From: Clostridiales bacterium
GTDB taxonomy: Bacteria > Bacillota > Clostridia > Oscillospirales > Acutalibacteraceae
Reading direction: 5' to 3'
DNA length: 64,000 nt
Assembly (NCBI GenBank): GCA_024684435.1
Contig: JAIKWV010000035.1
Coordinates: 4,343 to 68,342 of the forward strand
The notes under the pieces: generated by a model
What the model was told of the DNA's origin: nothing
Databases searched by the model: none
Seen by the model: the letters and a program-made list of their open reading frames with translations, nothing else
Part shown: piece after piece, positions 50,762 to 61,169 of the stretch
Layout: every line of letters starts with the position of its first letter
Numbering within the stretch: position 1 is the stretch's first letter
Program-made: the position numbers and the translations under genes

Positions 50762-51970
50762 TTATTGATAATACGCAACTGTAGTAAACTGATCGCCGGC
50801 GTTCGCATCGAGTTCGCCTTTATAGTACTTTACTTTTTCCGGCTTCGGCGCGTCATGCACGATCTCTCCTGTTTCACCGTCCACCGCGATAAAATCAATT
50901 ATCTCTTTGGTATCATACTCAAACTTTGTAAAGGTTATCCAATCTCTTTGACTGTCATATTCTGTCTGATAAACGTAACGTTTGCCGTCTTCTATCTTTT
51001 CGTGATTGCCGACGTTGTAATCGTATTCCCATCTCATTTCACAGATCTTATTCGACACCTCTGTCTCTACATGGGATGAAAGGAAGTCTATCTTAATATC
51101 GCCGTACTCACAAACCGTCGCGTTTCTGTTGATGGAATCAAGATATTTCTGTGCCTGCCTGACCAGATTTATCCACAGTTCTTCGTTTTCTTCATCAGAC
51201 AAGCCCCGAATTATCTTTTTCGCGTATCGGCGGGGAAACAATTTCTTGATAGACGACGTATACCTATCCCCATCCTGCGCCGTTTCCCTTGAGATAAGAG
51301 TATAATCATCATCGGTTTTATTGAACTTAAGCACCGCAGGTGTGTTCCCGCCGCTGACATCTGTAAAGAATCCGTTTATGAAACCGAATTGGCGGTATTC
51401 CTCGATAATATAGACCGTAACTGTTTCATTCTTTTCTTCCGTGCCAAAAACGAAGTGGCTCTCCGCGGCACATTCTCCCATAAACGTACCAAATGGATTG
51501 CTTGCGAAAATCGCCTTAGAAACCGCCTTATCCAGTTTTTCATCCAGACTGCGGGCGACCACTTCTCCTGTTTCTCTGTCAAGGTAATACGCCTGCTCAT
51601 GGGGAACCATACACAATAGAATAACGCCTAAAATCAACGCTGAAATGACCCCCAGAACAATAAGCGCGATCTTTCTGTTTCTCCTCTTTCTTGCAAGCTC
51701 CCTGGCAAACTGACTGTTAAGAGCCGACAACTGTTCGGAAATCTGTTTTAATTCTGACCTGTCCTCTGCTTTTATTTCTGCGTCGCCCAAAAGCTCACCC
51801 ACGGAAATGTCCAGCAATTCGGCGATCTTTTCAAGCATGACAGCATCGGGAACGGAATAGCCTTTCTCCCACTTTGAAACCGTCTGGCGCACAACGTTAA
51901 GTTCCTGCGCAAAAGTCTCCTGCGTGTAGCCTTTTTGTTTGCGTAAGTCTTTGATGTTTTGATTAAGCAT
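50762..51970 (-). CDS. membrane-anchored XRE-family HTH protein with a large extracytoplasmic domain
   Basis: HTH YTQETFAQELNVVRQTVSKWEKGYSVP, then one TM segment (IALIVLGVISALILGVILLCMV), then about 280 aa of unknown domain. Confidence 0.8.
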   Translation of the reverse strand: MLNQNIKDLRKQKGYTQETFAQELNVVRQTVSKWEKGYSVPDAVMLEKIAELLDISVGELLGDAEIKAEDRSELKQISEQLSALNSQFARELARKRRNRKIALIVLGVISALILGVILLCMVPHEQAYYLDRETGEVVARSLDEKLDKAVSKAIFASNPFGTFMGECAAESHFVFGTEEKNETVTVYIIEEYRQFGFINGFFTDVSGGNTPAVLKFNKTDDDYTLISRETAQDGDRYTSSIKKLFPRRYAKKIIRGLSDEENEELWINLVRQAQKYLDSINRNATVCEYGDIKIDFLSSHVETEVSNKICEMRWEYDYNVGNHEKIEDGKRYVYQTEYDSQRDWITFTKFEYDTKEIIDFIAVDGETGEIVHDAPKPEKVKYYKGELDANAGDQFTTVAYYQ

Positions 51971-52075
51971 AAAGCGAACCTCCTTGTTTTTCAGGTGGCT
52001 TTATTGTATATCCGTACCCGTCAGATAACAAGCAACGCAATTTAACATTGCCGGAAAACCGTTATTCTGAGCGCT

Positions 52076-52702
52076 TTACTGCTTGAAATGGTCAACGATC
52101 AGACTTTCATCGTAATACACTTTATCCTCCGCGGCAAGACGCGGCACACCGTTTTCCACCGTGACGATATTCACCGAGCAGTTATACGGAGCGTGTCCGC
52201 GCCAATAGTCCGAAGGGTCGTCATACAGGAAATTCACCATTGCCCTCACCGCACAGCCGTGGGTGCCTATCAGGTAATTTTTCCCGTCGTCTTTGGCTAT
52301 AAGCTCTTTTAAAAATTCCTGCGTCCTTTCGCAGACGTCCGTTACCTTTTCACCGTTGGGAAATCCTTTGAAATGCAGAGGGTCCATGTAGAACATATAA
52401 CCTTCCGGTCCCATTTCTTCAAGTTTCTTTCCTTCTATATCGCCGAAATCTATCTCGCAGATACGGTCATCCGTGGAGATGGGGATGTTGTTCCCGCTCT
52501 CACGAAGGACTATCTTAACTGTCTCCATCGCCCTGTCAAACGGGCTGGATATACAGTAGTCAAAGCGGATATCCTTCATTGCCTGTCCCGTGAGAACGGC
52601 AAGCTCCCGCCCGCTTTGATTCAACGGTTCATCAAGTCGACCCTGCATAACGCCTTTGGCGTTAAGATCGGTCTCCCCGTGACGTATGATATAAAGATTC
52701 AT
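52076..52702 (-). CDS. histidine phosphatase (phosphoglycerate mutase-like) family protein
   Basis: LYIIRHGETDLN catalytic motif. ATG 52702 lies 7 nt after GGAGG. Confidence 0.88.
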   Translation of the reverse strand: MNLYIIRHGETDLNAKGVMQGRLDEPLNQSGRELAVLTGQAMKDIRFDYCISSPFDRAMETVKIVLRESGNNIPISTDDRICEIDFGDIEGKKLEEMGPEGYMFYMDPLHFKGFPNGEKVTDVCERTQEFLKELIAKDDGKNYLIGTHGCAVRAMVNFLYDDPSDYWRGHAPYNCSVNIVTVENGVPRLAAEDKVYYDESLIVDHFKQ

Positions 52703-52728
52703 TATGGCCTCCATATTATTATTTTTTA

Positions 52729-53964
52729 TCAAAACAGCACCTCAAGCCGCAATTCTCCCAGCTTCTCTTTAGGAACGGTGTTGCAGGAAAATATCGGTCT
52801 GATCTCCCCGTTCACACGCACGATCAGCCTGTCGTCGGAATAACGTCTGCCGTCCTTCTCCACAATGACAGGAGCAAAAGGCTCATATTTAAAGATATCT
52901 TTGTTTTCATGATAACATCTGAGTCCCTCGGCATAGCGCATGGTACAGCATTTATACGCCTCATATCCTCTGTTTTTTAAAACGGGATCTTCAGGAGTAA
53001 CGCAGACGTCCGTTCCCGCGCCTCCGTTATCCCTTTGACAAAACTGCAAACCGTTTGCCCAGATGCGTCGGGCAAGGATACGGTATCTGTCCTCGCCGGT
53101 GATACGGTAAAGCTCTGTTGCCAACAGCAGACTATCCACCACCGCGCAGGGCTCTGTCCAGGAATCCTTTCTGCCGAACCAATTAAAATTCTTATAGGTC
53201 AGGGTCATGCCGTACTGCTGATATCTGGCAAATTCGCGCATAACCTCACGCAGATATTTTTCACTTCCTGTTGTTTTATAAAACGACAGCATACCCCTCA
53301 GACAGGTCAAAGAGGTATGGGTCTGAAAGCCCCTTGCCACCATATCGGCATTGAGAAAAACGTCAATAACTTTTTCCAAAAACATATGGGCGTGGGGATC
53401 TTCGGTCACAGCATAATAATGAGCCACACCGTCAACGCACATGAACGCACAGCCCACGTCTGTAGAAAGCGCCCAGCCATGTCCGGAGCCGCAGATGTTT
53501 CCGTCAACATCTCCGCCAACAGAGCTCCGCTGCAAAGGATAGTCATCATAAAGCGGCAGCGCCGGGAGATAAAGATGTTCAAAGGTGCTTTTCAAAGCCC
53601 TGAGCGCGGTGGGATCATCAAAGGTCTTTACATAATCAGCTAAGCCCCGCAAATACCAGCTGTGTCCGGAAAGCTGCTGTTCATTTGCGGTACCCTTTTC
53701 CGGGACGTCCCCGAAAAACATATACTCATTCCCGCGCCGGGGCAGTTCATTTATCATCTGCTCCATGCAGGGTATTTTTCGACCGCTGATGTGATAATGA
53801 CATAAAAACGCCAGTAAGGCTCTGCCCTCACGGTCACCGGGCCAGCCTTCATTTCCCAGGAAAACATTTTCTATATCGTAAGGAGCTTCATTCAGTCTTG
53901 CATAATTTTTCTCAATATTTAATGCTCCGTCGGGCGTGTACCAATGTTCATCGATTCTGTCCAT
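52729..53964 (-). CDS. GH127-like (DUF1680/beta-L-arabinofuranosidase-type) catalytic-barrel-only protein
   Basis: TEPC and KCCT motifs about 70 aa apart match my recollection of the ExC ... CC zinc/nucleophile arrangement of GH127. 411 aa. ATG 53964 is preferred over TTG 53991. Confidence 0.5.
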   Translation of the reverse strand: MDRIDEHWYTPDGALNIEKNYARLNEAPYDIENVFLGNEGWPGDREGRALLAFLCHYHISGRKIPCMEQMINELPRRGNEYMFFGDVPEKGTANEQQLSGHSWYLRGLADYVKTFDDPTALRALKSTFEHLYLPALPLYDDYPLQRSSVGGDVDGNICGSGHGWALSTDVGCAFMCVDGVAHYYAVTEDPHAHMFLEKVIDVFLNADMVARGFQTHTSLTCLRGMLSFYKTTGSEKYLREVMREFARYQQYGMTLTYKNFNWFGRKDSWTEPCAVVDSLLLATELYRITGEDRYRILARRIWANGLQFCQRDNGGAGTDVCVTPEDPVLKNRGYEAYKCCTMRYAEGLRCYHENKDIFKYEPFAPVIVEKDGRRYSDDRLIVRVNGEIRPIFSCNTVPKEKLGELRLEVLF

Positions 53965-53992
53965 TATCTTCTTTCCGTTCCTTGATTTCAAA

Positions 53993-54118
53993 TCACTTTT
54001 GCATTATTCCCAGAAAATCCGGGAGACCTAAAGGACCGAAAATCTTCATCAGCAAACCGTAAGCTATTTCAAAGGGGATAAGCAACGGCATACCGAACAC
54101 TAAAAGTATTTTCCACAT
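53993..54118 (-). CDS. candidate 41-aa hydrophobic micro-protein
   Basis: ATG follows AAAGGAAG. Sequence MWKILLVFGMPLLIPFEIAYGLLMKIFGPLGLPDFLGIMQK. It is below the ORF-track cut-off and ends 28 nt before the next start. Confidence 0.35.
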   Translation of the reverse strand: MWKILLVFGMPLLIPFEIAYGLLMKIFGPLGLPDFLGIMQK

Positions 54119-54141
54119 AACAAAACTTCCTTTCATCAATG

Positions 54142-54588
54142 TTATTTATTATATTCCATCGGGGTAAATCTTAACCCGTTTACAACTTGCTCTTTATCTG
54201 TATCCGTAAAGCCCAGTTTACGGTATATCGTGATACCGTAAGGTGCCGCGTACACGGTCATTCTGTCCGATACGCACTCCGACAATACGGTTTTAAACAG
54301 CTTCTTTCCGATACCTTTTCTCTGATATTGTCCGTCAACAAAGAACAGGGCTATATGAGTGCCTTCGCTTCTTGTGGTGATCACGCCGACTAATTTTTCA
54401 TCGACGAACGCGCCGTACATACAAAGCAGTGACAAATATCTCTCATCATGTATGCTTTTATAAAATTCGTCCATACCCTCTTTTGAATAATCCGGCGCTT
54501 CATACTCCTGAAATACTTTCCATACCAATGATAAAGCGGGTTCACGTTCTTCTTTTTCCAGTTTTCTGATACAACAATTAAATTCCAT
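54142..54588 (-). CDS. GNAT family N-acetyltransferase
   Basis: 148 aa. Motif A QRKGIGKKLF. Confidence 0.85.
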   Translation of the reverse strand: MEFNCCIRKLEKEEREPALSLVWKVFQEYEAPDYSKEGMDEFYKSIHDERYLSLLCMYGAFVDEKLVGVITTRSEGTHIALFFVDGQYQRKGIGKKLFKTVLSECVSDRMTVYAAPYGITIYRKLGFTDTDKEQVVNGLRFTPMEYNK

Positions 54589-54634
54589 AACGGTTTCTCC
54601 GACATAAAATCAAAAGCATTTACGGTATATATTT

Positions 54635-55714
54635 TTATTCGTCAAAAAGTACTTCGGATATTACGCCGCCGCCTATCAGACAGTCGTTTTCGTCGTAAAA
54701 CACCGCCGACTGTCCCGGAGCGGCGGAGCGTACCGGTTCTTCAAACAGGATCCTGCACAGGTCTTCGCCGATTTTTTCCACCCGGGCGTACTGACCCGGA
54801 TGGCGGTACCTCGCCTTGACCTGGCAACGGAACCCCTCGCCCTCCTCAGGTTCGGATATGCCCATAAAATTCAGGTCTTTGCAGATGACCGTTCTGCAAT
54901 ATATATCATCCGCGGTGCTTAACACGATCTCGTTACTGTTCGCGCATATCTTTTTTATATAAGCGGGGCGTCCGAGAGCTATACCGAGTTTTTTCCGCTG
55001 TCCCACGGTATAATGTATGATGCCTTTATGTTTGCCCAGGACATTCCCCTGCTCATCCACAAAATTGCCCTCTCCGGGTAGTTCCGCGTCTGTATGATCA
55101 CGGATAAAATCGGTATAGTCGCCGTCTGTGACAAAGCATATTTCCTGGGAATCCGGCTTTGAGGCGACCTGTATCCCGGCTTTTTCGGCAATGCTTCTGA
55201 CCTCCTGCTTGGAGTACTCTCCAAGGGGCATTAGCGTATTTTTCAGCTGTTCCTGTGTCAGGCGGTATAACATATAGGTCTGATCTTTTTCGGAATGAAC
55301 AGCCTTCCTGACGGTGTATCTTCCGTTTTCGAGCCTTATCACCGAAGCATAGTGCCCCGTGGCGACATAATCTGCCTCAAGCACATTTGCATAGTATAGC
55401 AGACGCTCCCATTTTATCTCCCTGTTGCATACGACGCAGGGGTTGGGCGTAAAGCCGTGAAGATAATCGCTTATAAACGGCTTTATGACCTTATCGTCAA
55501 AATCGGAAATGCAGTTGAAAACGTGGTAAGGGATACCTATTGTCCTTGCCGTCTGCCTTGCGTCGTCTATCTCACAGCAGCGGCCTTCTTCCCCCTCCGG
55601 GCTGAGCCATGTGCGCAGAGTGACCCCTATAACGTCGTAGCCCGCCTGTTTAAGAAGATAGGCGGCAGCGGCACTGTCAACTCCCCCGGACATACCTACT
55701 ATCACTTTTGGCAT
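54635..55714 (-). CDS. mnmA: tRNA 2-thiouridine(34) synthase MnmA
   Basis: PP-loop VGMSGGVDSAAAAYLL. 359 aa. ATG 55714 follows AGGAGGTG. Confidence 0.93.
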   Translation of the reverse strand: MPKVIVGMSGGVDSAAAAYLLKQAGYDVIGVTLRTWLSPEGEEGRCCEIDDARQTARTIGIPYHVFNCISDFDDKVIKPFISDYLHGFTPNPCVVCNREIKWERLLYYANVLEADYVATGHYASVIRLENGRYTVRKAVHSEKDQTYMLYRLTQEQLKNTLMPLGEYSKQEVRSIAEKAGIQVASKPDSQEICFVTDGDYTDFIRDHTDAELPGEGNFVDEQGNVLGKHKGIIHYTVGQRKKLGIALGRPAYIKKICANSNEIVLSTADDIYCRTVICKDLNFMGISEPEEGEGFRCQVKARYRHPGQYARVEKIGEDLCRILFEEPVRSAAPGQSAVFYDENDCLIGGGVISEVLFDE

Positions 55715-55754
55715 AGGGTCACCTCCTCTGTGTTCTGTATCGCTACGGCACATT

Positions 55755-55796
55755 CCAAAAAACGCCTTTTGTCAGCAGACAAAAGGCGTTTTTTGA
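55755..55796. terminator. bidirectional-type intrinsic terminator after tRNA-Gly
   Basis: Perfect 13-bp stem AACGCCTTTTGTC / AGCA / GACAAAAGGCGTT, flanked by an A-run and a T-run. Confidence 0.8.
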
Positions 55797-55798
55797 TT

Positions 55799-55874
55799 TG
55801 GAGCGGATGACGAGGCTCGAACTCGCTACCTCCACCTTGGCAAGGTGGCGCTCTACCAGATGAGCTACATCCGC
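55799..55874 (-). tRNA. tRNA-Gly (anticodon GCC)
   Basis: 76 nt including an encoded CCA. Acceptor stem GCGGATG/CATCCGC. Anticodon stem-loop CCACC-TTGCCAA-GGTGG. T-loop TTCGAGC. Confidence 0.93.
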
Positions 55875-55886
55875 AATGCATTGAGA

Positions 55887-55915
55887 ATTATAGCAAATCA
55901 CTGATGGTTTGTCAA
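55887..55915 (-). promoter_or_regulatory. consensus sigma-A promoter of tRNA-Gly
   Basis: Minus strand reads TTGACA-N17-TATAAT exactly, 12 nt upstream of the tRNA 5' end. Confidence 0.75.
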
Positions 55916-55964
55916 TAGCAAAAAGCAAAAATTCTCAATTTCCCGTAATAATAATCATATATAA

Positions 55965-56618
55965 TCAATTATTATAATGGTGCGCCTGCTCCAGCATCAT
56001 ATCCTTGACCTTCATAAGTCGGGTCGTGGTGCTTCGCTCGCTCTCGTCCAGCTTCATGGTAATGTACTTTATGGTCTCCTCATACTGAGGGATCATAACG
56101 TGTTCCAGAGCGTTTACCCTGCGGCGTGTTTTTTCGATCTCCGCCGCCATGAGCTGACAGGATTTTTCAACCTCCGCCAGTCTTAACAGCCGGGGGAAGA
56201 TATCCGACAACGCCCCCACTGCCGCGTCAAGATCGGTCGATGTCGCCGCAAATCCATAGGAATATTTATCGTTTTCGTCCGCCGTTTTAAACTTGGTATT
56301 GAAAACGGGTATCATAACGCTCATAACGTTTTTTTCGGAAATATCCAGAGACATTTCCTGTGTGCTGAGCATGAGAGCCACGTCCAGCGCCTTATCGTTC
56401 ATCACGGAACGGGCAACGGACATATGGGCGTTTGCCTCTTTTAAATTTTGTTCAACCTGAATACGGAGGGCCTTGTTCTCCCTGACAAGATCAAGGAAAC
56501 GGCGCATAAGCTCGTCTCTTTTGTCCTTCAGGAGCTTGTGTCCCCTCCTTGCCGTTACAAGCTTGCGCTTAAGATTGGTAAGCTCCATACGGGTGGGGTT
56601 GACGTTCAATACTGCCAT
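55965..56618 (-). CDS. ntpD: V-type ATP synthase subunit D
   Basis: MAVLNVNPTRMELTNLKRKLVTARRGHKLLKDKRDEL. Last gene of the operon. Confidence 0.92.
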   Translation of the reverse strand: MAVLNVNPTRMELTNLKRKLVTARRGHKLLKDKRDELMRRFLDLVRENKALRIQVEQNLKEANAHMSVARSVMNDKALDVALMLSTQEMSLDISEKNVMSVMIPVFNTKFKTADENDKYSYGFAATSTDLDAAVGALSDIFPRLLRLAEVEKSCQLMAAEIEKTRRRVNALEHVMIPQYEETIKYITMKLDESERSTTTRLMKVKDMMLEQAHHYNN

Positions 56619-56657
56619 ACAAAACCATTCCTTTCTGTGAAATGGCGCAAAAATTTA

Positions 56658-58034
56658 TTAAGAACGTTTCTCGTAATATTTATCAAGAAGCTTGTCGCTG
56701 ATACGCTTAAGCTCACTTCTGGGAAGGATGCGCAGCAGCTCCCAGCCGATATCAAGGGTCTCCTCTATGCTTCGGTTGGTCTCATTACCCTGCGAAACAT
56801 ATACCTTTTCAAACTCATCCGCGAACTTAGCGTAGAGCTTGTCGATATCCGTCAGTGCTGCCTCTCCCAGAATGACCATGAGCTCCTTGGCATCTTTGCC
56901 TCTTGCATAGGCGGAGAAGAGCTGGTTCATTGTGTTGGAGTGATCCTCTCTTGTCTTTCCTTCGCCGATACCCTTATCCTTAAGACGGGAAAGTGAAGGC
57001 AAAACGTCAATGGGAGGAGTGATGCCTTTACGGTTGAGCTCACGGCTGAGGATTATCTGACCCTCCGTAATGTAACCCGTAAGGTCGGGAATCGGGTGGG
57101 TCTTATCGTCCTCAGGCATGGAAAGAATGGGTATCATAGTGATACTGCCGCTCTTGCCAATCTGTCTGCCGGCGCGCTCATAGATCGAAGCAAAGTCAGT
57201 GTACATATATCCGGGATAACCGCGGCGTCCGGGAACTTCCTTACGGGCCGCGGAAACTTCACGGAGAGCGTCCGCGTAATTTGTGATATCCGTAAGTATA
57301 ACAAGGACGTGCATATCCTTTTCAAAAGCAAGATACTCGGCGGCGGTCAGCGCCATTTTAGGTGTGGCAATACGCTCGATAGCCGGGTCGTTTGCAAGGT
57401 TTGAGAACATGACTGTTCTATCCAGAGCGCCGGTGCTCTTGAAGCTCTCTACGAAGTAGTTTGCCTCCTCAAAGGTTATACCCATGGCGGCAAAGACAAC
57501 GGCGAACTGTTCATTAGCGCCTCTTACCCTCGCCTGCCTTGCTATCTGCGCGGCAAGCTGTGCGTGGGGCAAGCCGGATGCGGAGAAGATAGGCAGCTTC
57601 TGTCCTCTGACCAGAGTGTTAAGTCCGTCAATGGCGGACACGCCGGTCTGAATGAACTCCTGGGGATAGCTTCTTGCCGCGGGGTTCATGGGGGTGCCGT
57701 TGACATCCAGCCTCTTTTCGGGGATTATCTCGGGGCCGCCGTCAATGGGTCTGCCAAGGCCGTCAAAGACTCTGCCCAGCATATCAACGGATACGCCAAG
57801 CTCCATCTGTCTGCCCATGAAACGCACCTTGCTGTTGGCAAGGTTTATGCCTGTCGAATTTTCAAACAGCTGTACAAGCGCGTTGGTGCCGTCCACCTCA
57901 AGCACACGGCAGCGGCGCTTTTCACCGTTGGCAAGCTCTATTTCTCCCAGCTCGTTAAACTTAATGTCCTCTACCTCTCTGACTAACATAAGAGGACCGG
58001 AAACCTCTTGAATGGTTCTGTATTCTTTTGGCAT
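56658..58034 (-). CDS. ntpB: V-type ATP synthase subunit B
   Basis: 458 aa. [16 protein letters not shown] start. The ATG overlaps the subunit A stop (TGATG). Confidence 0.95.
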   Translation of the reverse strand: MPKEYRTIQEVSGPLMLVREVEDIKFNELGEIELANGEKRRCRVLEVDGTNALVQLFENSTGINLANSKVRFMGRQMELGVSVDMLGRVFDGLGRPIDGGPEIIPEKRLDVNGTPMNPAARSYPQEFIQTGVSAIDGLNTLVRGQKLPIFSASGLPHAQLAAQIARQARVRGANEQFAVVFAAMGITFEEANYFVESFKSTGALDRTVMFSNLANDPAIERIATPKMALTAAEYLAFEKDMHVLVILTDITNYADALREVSAARKEVPGRRGYPGYMYTDFASIYERAGRQIGKSGSITMIPILSMPEDDKTHPIPDLTGYITEGQIILSRELNRKGITPPIDVLPSLSRLKDKGIGEGKTREDHSNTMNQLFSAYARGKDAKELMVILGEAALTDIDKLYAKFADEFEKVYVSQGNETNRSIEETLDIGWELLRILPRSELKRISDKLLDKYYEKRS

Positions 58035-59806
58035 CAGAAGTCCTCCTTAGCGGCAAGAACCTCATCTATTTCGGTATCAAGCCTTAACTCAATATTTTCA
58101 AATTCTTTTTCAATATTGCTTTCTTCAACATACTTGAAGCGTCCTATGGATTCGCGTACCGCCATTTTTACAAGCAGCTCTATATCCGCTCCCCTGCCAA
58201 GCGCGTCAAGGGATCTTTCATAGAAGCCGATAACAAGCCTCATCATGAGATACTGCTTGCGAAGGGATGTGTATGTATCCACCTCATGGAAAGCAAGCTG
58301 ATGCAGGAAGTCCTCGCGTATTGAGCGGGCGGCCTCCATTTTAAGTCTGTCAGGCGCGGAAAGGGCGTCCATACCGACAAGCTTTACTATCTCGTCAAGG
58401 GCGGCTTCATCGGAAAGCAGGCTCATTATCTTGCCTCTCAGCTCCATCCAGTCCTCTGCGACGTTTTTGTTGAACCAAACGCCCAAAGAATCGGCATAGA
58501 GGGAATAGCTGTTGAGCCAGTTTATTGCCGGAAAATGTCTCTTGTATGCAAGATTAGCGTCCAGACCCCAGAACACCTTAACTATACGAAGGGTCGCCTG
58601 AGAAACGGGCTCTGAAATATCACCGCCGGGAGGCGAGACCGCGCCGATGACCGACAGGGCTCCCTCTCTTTCGTCCGAGCCAAGAGGAATGACTCTGCCC
58701 GCGCGCTCATAGAACTGAGCCAGACGGCTGCCAAGATAAGCGGGATAGCCTTCTTCACCGGGCATTTCCTCAAGTCTTCCCGACATTTCACGCAGAGCCT
58801 CCGCCCAGCGTGAAGTGGAATCCGCCATAAGAGCCACGGAATAGCCCATATCACGGAAATATTCGGCAATGGTTATGCCTGTGTATATTGACGCCTCACG
58901 GGCGGCAACGGGCATATCCGATGTGTTTGCGATAAGCACGGTCCTCTCCATAAGAGATTTGCCGGTGTGGGGATCGATAAGCTCCGGGAACTCGTTGAGA
59001 ACGTCCGTCATCTCGTTGCCGCGCTCGCCGCAGCCGATGTAGACGACTATATCCGCTTCAGCCCATTTTGCCAGCTGATGCTGTGTAACTGTCTTTCCGC
59101 TTCCGAAGGGACCGGGAATTGCCGCGACGCCGCCTTTTGAGATCGGGAAAAGCGAATCGACAACGCGCTGACCGGTGACCAGCGGAGTGTCCGGAGAAAG
59201 CTTTTTACGGTATGGTCTGCCTTTACGAACAGGCCACCTCTGCATAAGGGTCACAGGATATTCTTTACCTTTATCGTCAACTATGACGCCTATAGTATCG
59301 GTGATCCTGTAGTCTCCCTCTTTTATGGACTTGACGGTTCCGCTAAGTGTGGGGCTGACCATGATCTTGTGCAGAACGATATCCGTTTCCTGAACGGTAC
59401 CCAGGATGTCGCCGCCAACGACCTTGTCCCCTGCCTTTGCCGTGGGCGTGAAGTGCCAGACCGAATTTCTGTCAAGGGCGGGAACTTCGATACCTCTGGT
59501 AAGGTTGTTGCCGGTAAGATCGCGTATAGCAACAAGAGGACGCTGTATACCGTCGAAAATGCTCTTGATAAGTCCGGGACCAAGCTCAACGCTCAGAGGC
59601 ATTTCGGTGGACTCCACCGGCTCCCCCGTACCAAGTCCGGAGGTCTCCTCGTAAACCTGGATAGAGGCTCTGTCCCCGTGCATCTCGATGATCTCGCCTA
59701 TAAGGCGCTCGCTGCTTACGCGGACAACGTCAAACATATTAGCGTCACGCATACCCGACGCAATAACAAGCGGACCGGAAATCTTCGTAATTTTTCCTAT
59801 ACTCAT
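58034..59806 (-). CDS. ntpA: V-type ATP synthase catalytic subunit A
   Basis: 590 aa. Walker [10 protein letters not shown]. Confidence 0.95.
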   Translation of the reverse strand: MSIGKITKISGPLVIASGMRDANMFDVVRVSSERLIGEIIEMHGDRASIQVYEETSGLGTGEPVESTEMPLSVELGPGLIKSIFDGIQRPLVAIRDLTGNNLTRGIEVPALDRNSVWHFTPTAKAGDKVVGGDILGTVQETDIVLHKIMVSPTLSGTVKSIKEGDYRITDTIGVIVDDKGKEYPVTLMQRWPVRKGRPYRKKLSPDTPLVTGQRVVDSLFPISKGGVAAIPGPFGSGKTVTQHQLAKWAEADIVVYIGCGERGNEMTDVLNEFPELIDPHTGKSLMERTVLIANTSDMPVAAREASIYTGITIAEYFRDMGYSVALMADSTSRWAEALREMSGRLEEMPGEEGYPAYLGSRLAQFYERAGRVIPLGSDEREGALSVIGAVSPPGGDISEPVSQATLRIVKVFWGLDANLAYKRHFPAINWLNSYSLYADSLGVWFNKNVAEDWMELRGKIMSLLSDEAALDEIVKLVGMDALSAPDRLKMEAARSIREDFLHQLAFHEVDTYTSLRKQYLMMRLVIGFYERSLDALGRGADIELLVKMAVRESIGRFKYVEESNIEKEFENIELRLDTEIDEVLAAKEDF

Positions 59807-59855
59807 AAAAATTTACCTTCCAAAAATAAATTGAGAACTCACTTTAAAAATGATC

Positions 59856-60167
59856 CTAACCGACTATGTCGGAACCGACAGCCTGTTCAACGGACTTGCT
59901 GACGTTTGCCATACCCGCTCCCGTGTTTCCGGAAACTCCCGGGATAAGCACGATGGAGGGAAGGGGCTGTTCCCTGAACCTGTCGATCTCTCCGGGGATC
60001 TGGGCGGCTAATTTTTCGGTAATAAATATCACGCCGTAATCGCTTTCCGACATGTGTCTTATCTTGCGCGCCGCCTCCTGCGGATCATCCTCCGTAAAGG
60101 TGTGGATACCGAGAGCGGCAAAGCCGCAAATACTGTCCTTGTCCCCTATTGCAGCTATTCTATACAT
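59856..60167 (-). CDS. V-type ATP synthase subunit F
   Basis: 103 aa. MYRIAAIGDKDSICGFAALGI. Overlaps the stop of subunit C by 8 nt. Confidence 0.88.
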   Translation of the reverse strand: MYRIAAIGDKDSICGFAALGIHTFTEDDPQEAARKIRHMSESDYGVIFITEKLAAQIPGEIDRFREQPLPSIVLIPGVSGNTGAGMANVSKSVEQAVGSDIVG

Positions 60168-61140
60168 TGATATTCCTCACTCTCTTACGGATCTCTTCCG
60201 ATGATACGCCGTTAAGCTTTGCGGAAAGAATGATGCGTACATTCTTCACCGCCGCGAGACAGGTCAGATAATATCCGATGATAGGCTCGGGACCGAAGGC
60301 CGCAAGACGTTTGGAACCTATGCTGCCCATAACGGAATCGTCGCACCACTTTTCAAAAGCCACCGCGCTCTCCGCAAGCTTTTCACCCGCCTCGGAATAG
60401 GGCGTGAACTGGAGGTACTCGGCAATGGCTTCCCGTCCGCCATCCGCCGCAGCAAAGGCAAGACGCTTGTTGTCGACAGTATCGCAGTCCGCCATACAGC
60501 GGAGCATAAATTCGGTGTCCCTGCCTGTTTCGGCGCTCCTGAAGGCGATCTTGATATTCGCGCAGGCACAGCTTAACTCAGCAAGATCTGTAAGCGCCTG
60601 ATTGCCGCTGTTTTTCGCGCTGGCAAGGGCTGTATTCAGCGACGCCTTATCTATTATGATATCCGCCAGCCTACCGCTGCCCACTCTGACAACGGCGTCA
60701 TAGGCTTCCACCGCGGTATCTTTAAGATGCTTCGGAAGAATATCGAATTTTTTGTTTGTTACCGCCTCGGCTATCAACGCCGGATCGGTAACAAACGGTC
60801 TGATAAAGTAATCATTCGGCTCTAAATCAGAAAACACCGCCTTGATCGCAGCTTTCAGATTATAAAAGTCGTTGGGGAGGATAAGGGAATCAAATGTACT
60901 GACAACCGGAAGACATGCGCATACGAGCTGCCATGTGTCGTCCTCGAATTTTTCAAGCATTGAAGCAAATGAAGTGCTTTTCTCCGGGACTGCCCAGCCT
61001 TTATCTTCCAATATCCTCAGAGCTGACTTATAATCATTTGCGGCAATAAGACTGTCAAAATCAACCTGGGTCAAAAGATTAAGCTCATTCGCTCTGATTT
61101 TCGCAACGCCGAACGCATAATCCGTATCTTTAATTTTCAT
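60160..61140 (-). CDS. ntpC: V-type ATP synthase subunit C (d-type)
   Basis: 326 aa. Operon position between E and F. ATG 61140 follows GGAAAGGA; the ORF track gives GTG 61161. Confidence 0.85.
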   Translation of the reverse strand: MKIKDTDYAFGVAKIRANELNLLTQVDFDSLIAANDYKSALRILEDKGWAVPEKSTSFASMLEKFEDDTWQLVCACLPVVSTFDSLILPNDFYNLKAAIKAVFSDLEPNDYFIRPFVTDPALIAEAVTNKKFDILPKHLKDTAVEAYDAVVRVGSGRLADIIIDKASLNTALASAKNSGNQALTDLAELSCACANIKIAFRSAETGRDTEFMLRCMADCDTVDNKRLAFAAADGGREAIAEYLQFTPYSEAGEKLAESAVAFEKWCDDSVMGSIGSKRLAAFGPEPIIGYYLTCLAAVKNVRIILSAKLNGVSSEEIRKRVRNINV

Positions 61141-61169
61141 AAGCGTTCCTTTCCAAGGCACTGCGCCTC

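Noticed and set aside
55743-55928. 61-aa ORF overlapping tRNA-Gly
   Set aside because: It covers the tRNA, its terminator and its promoter, so it is an artefact.
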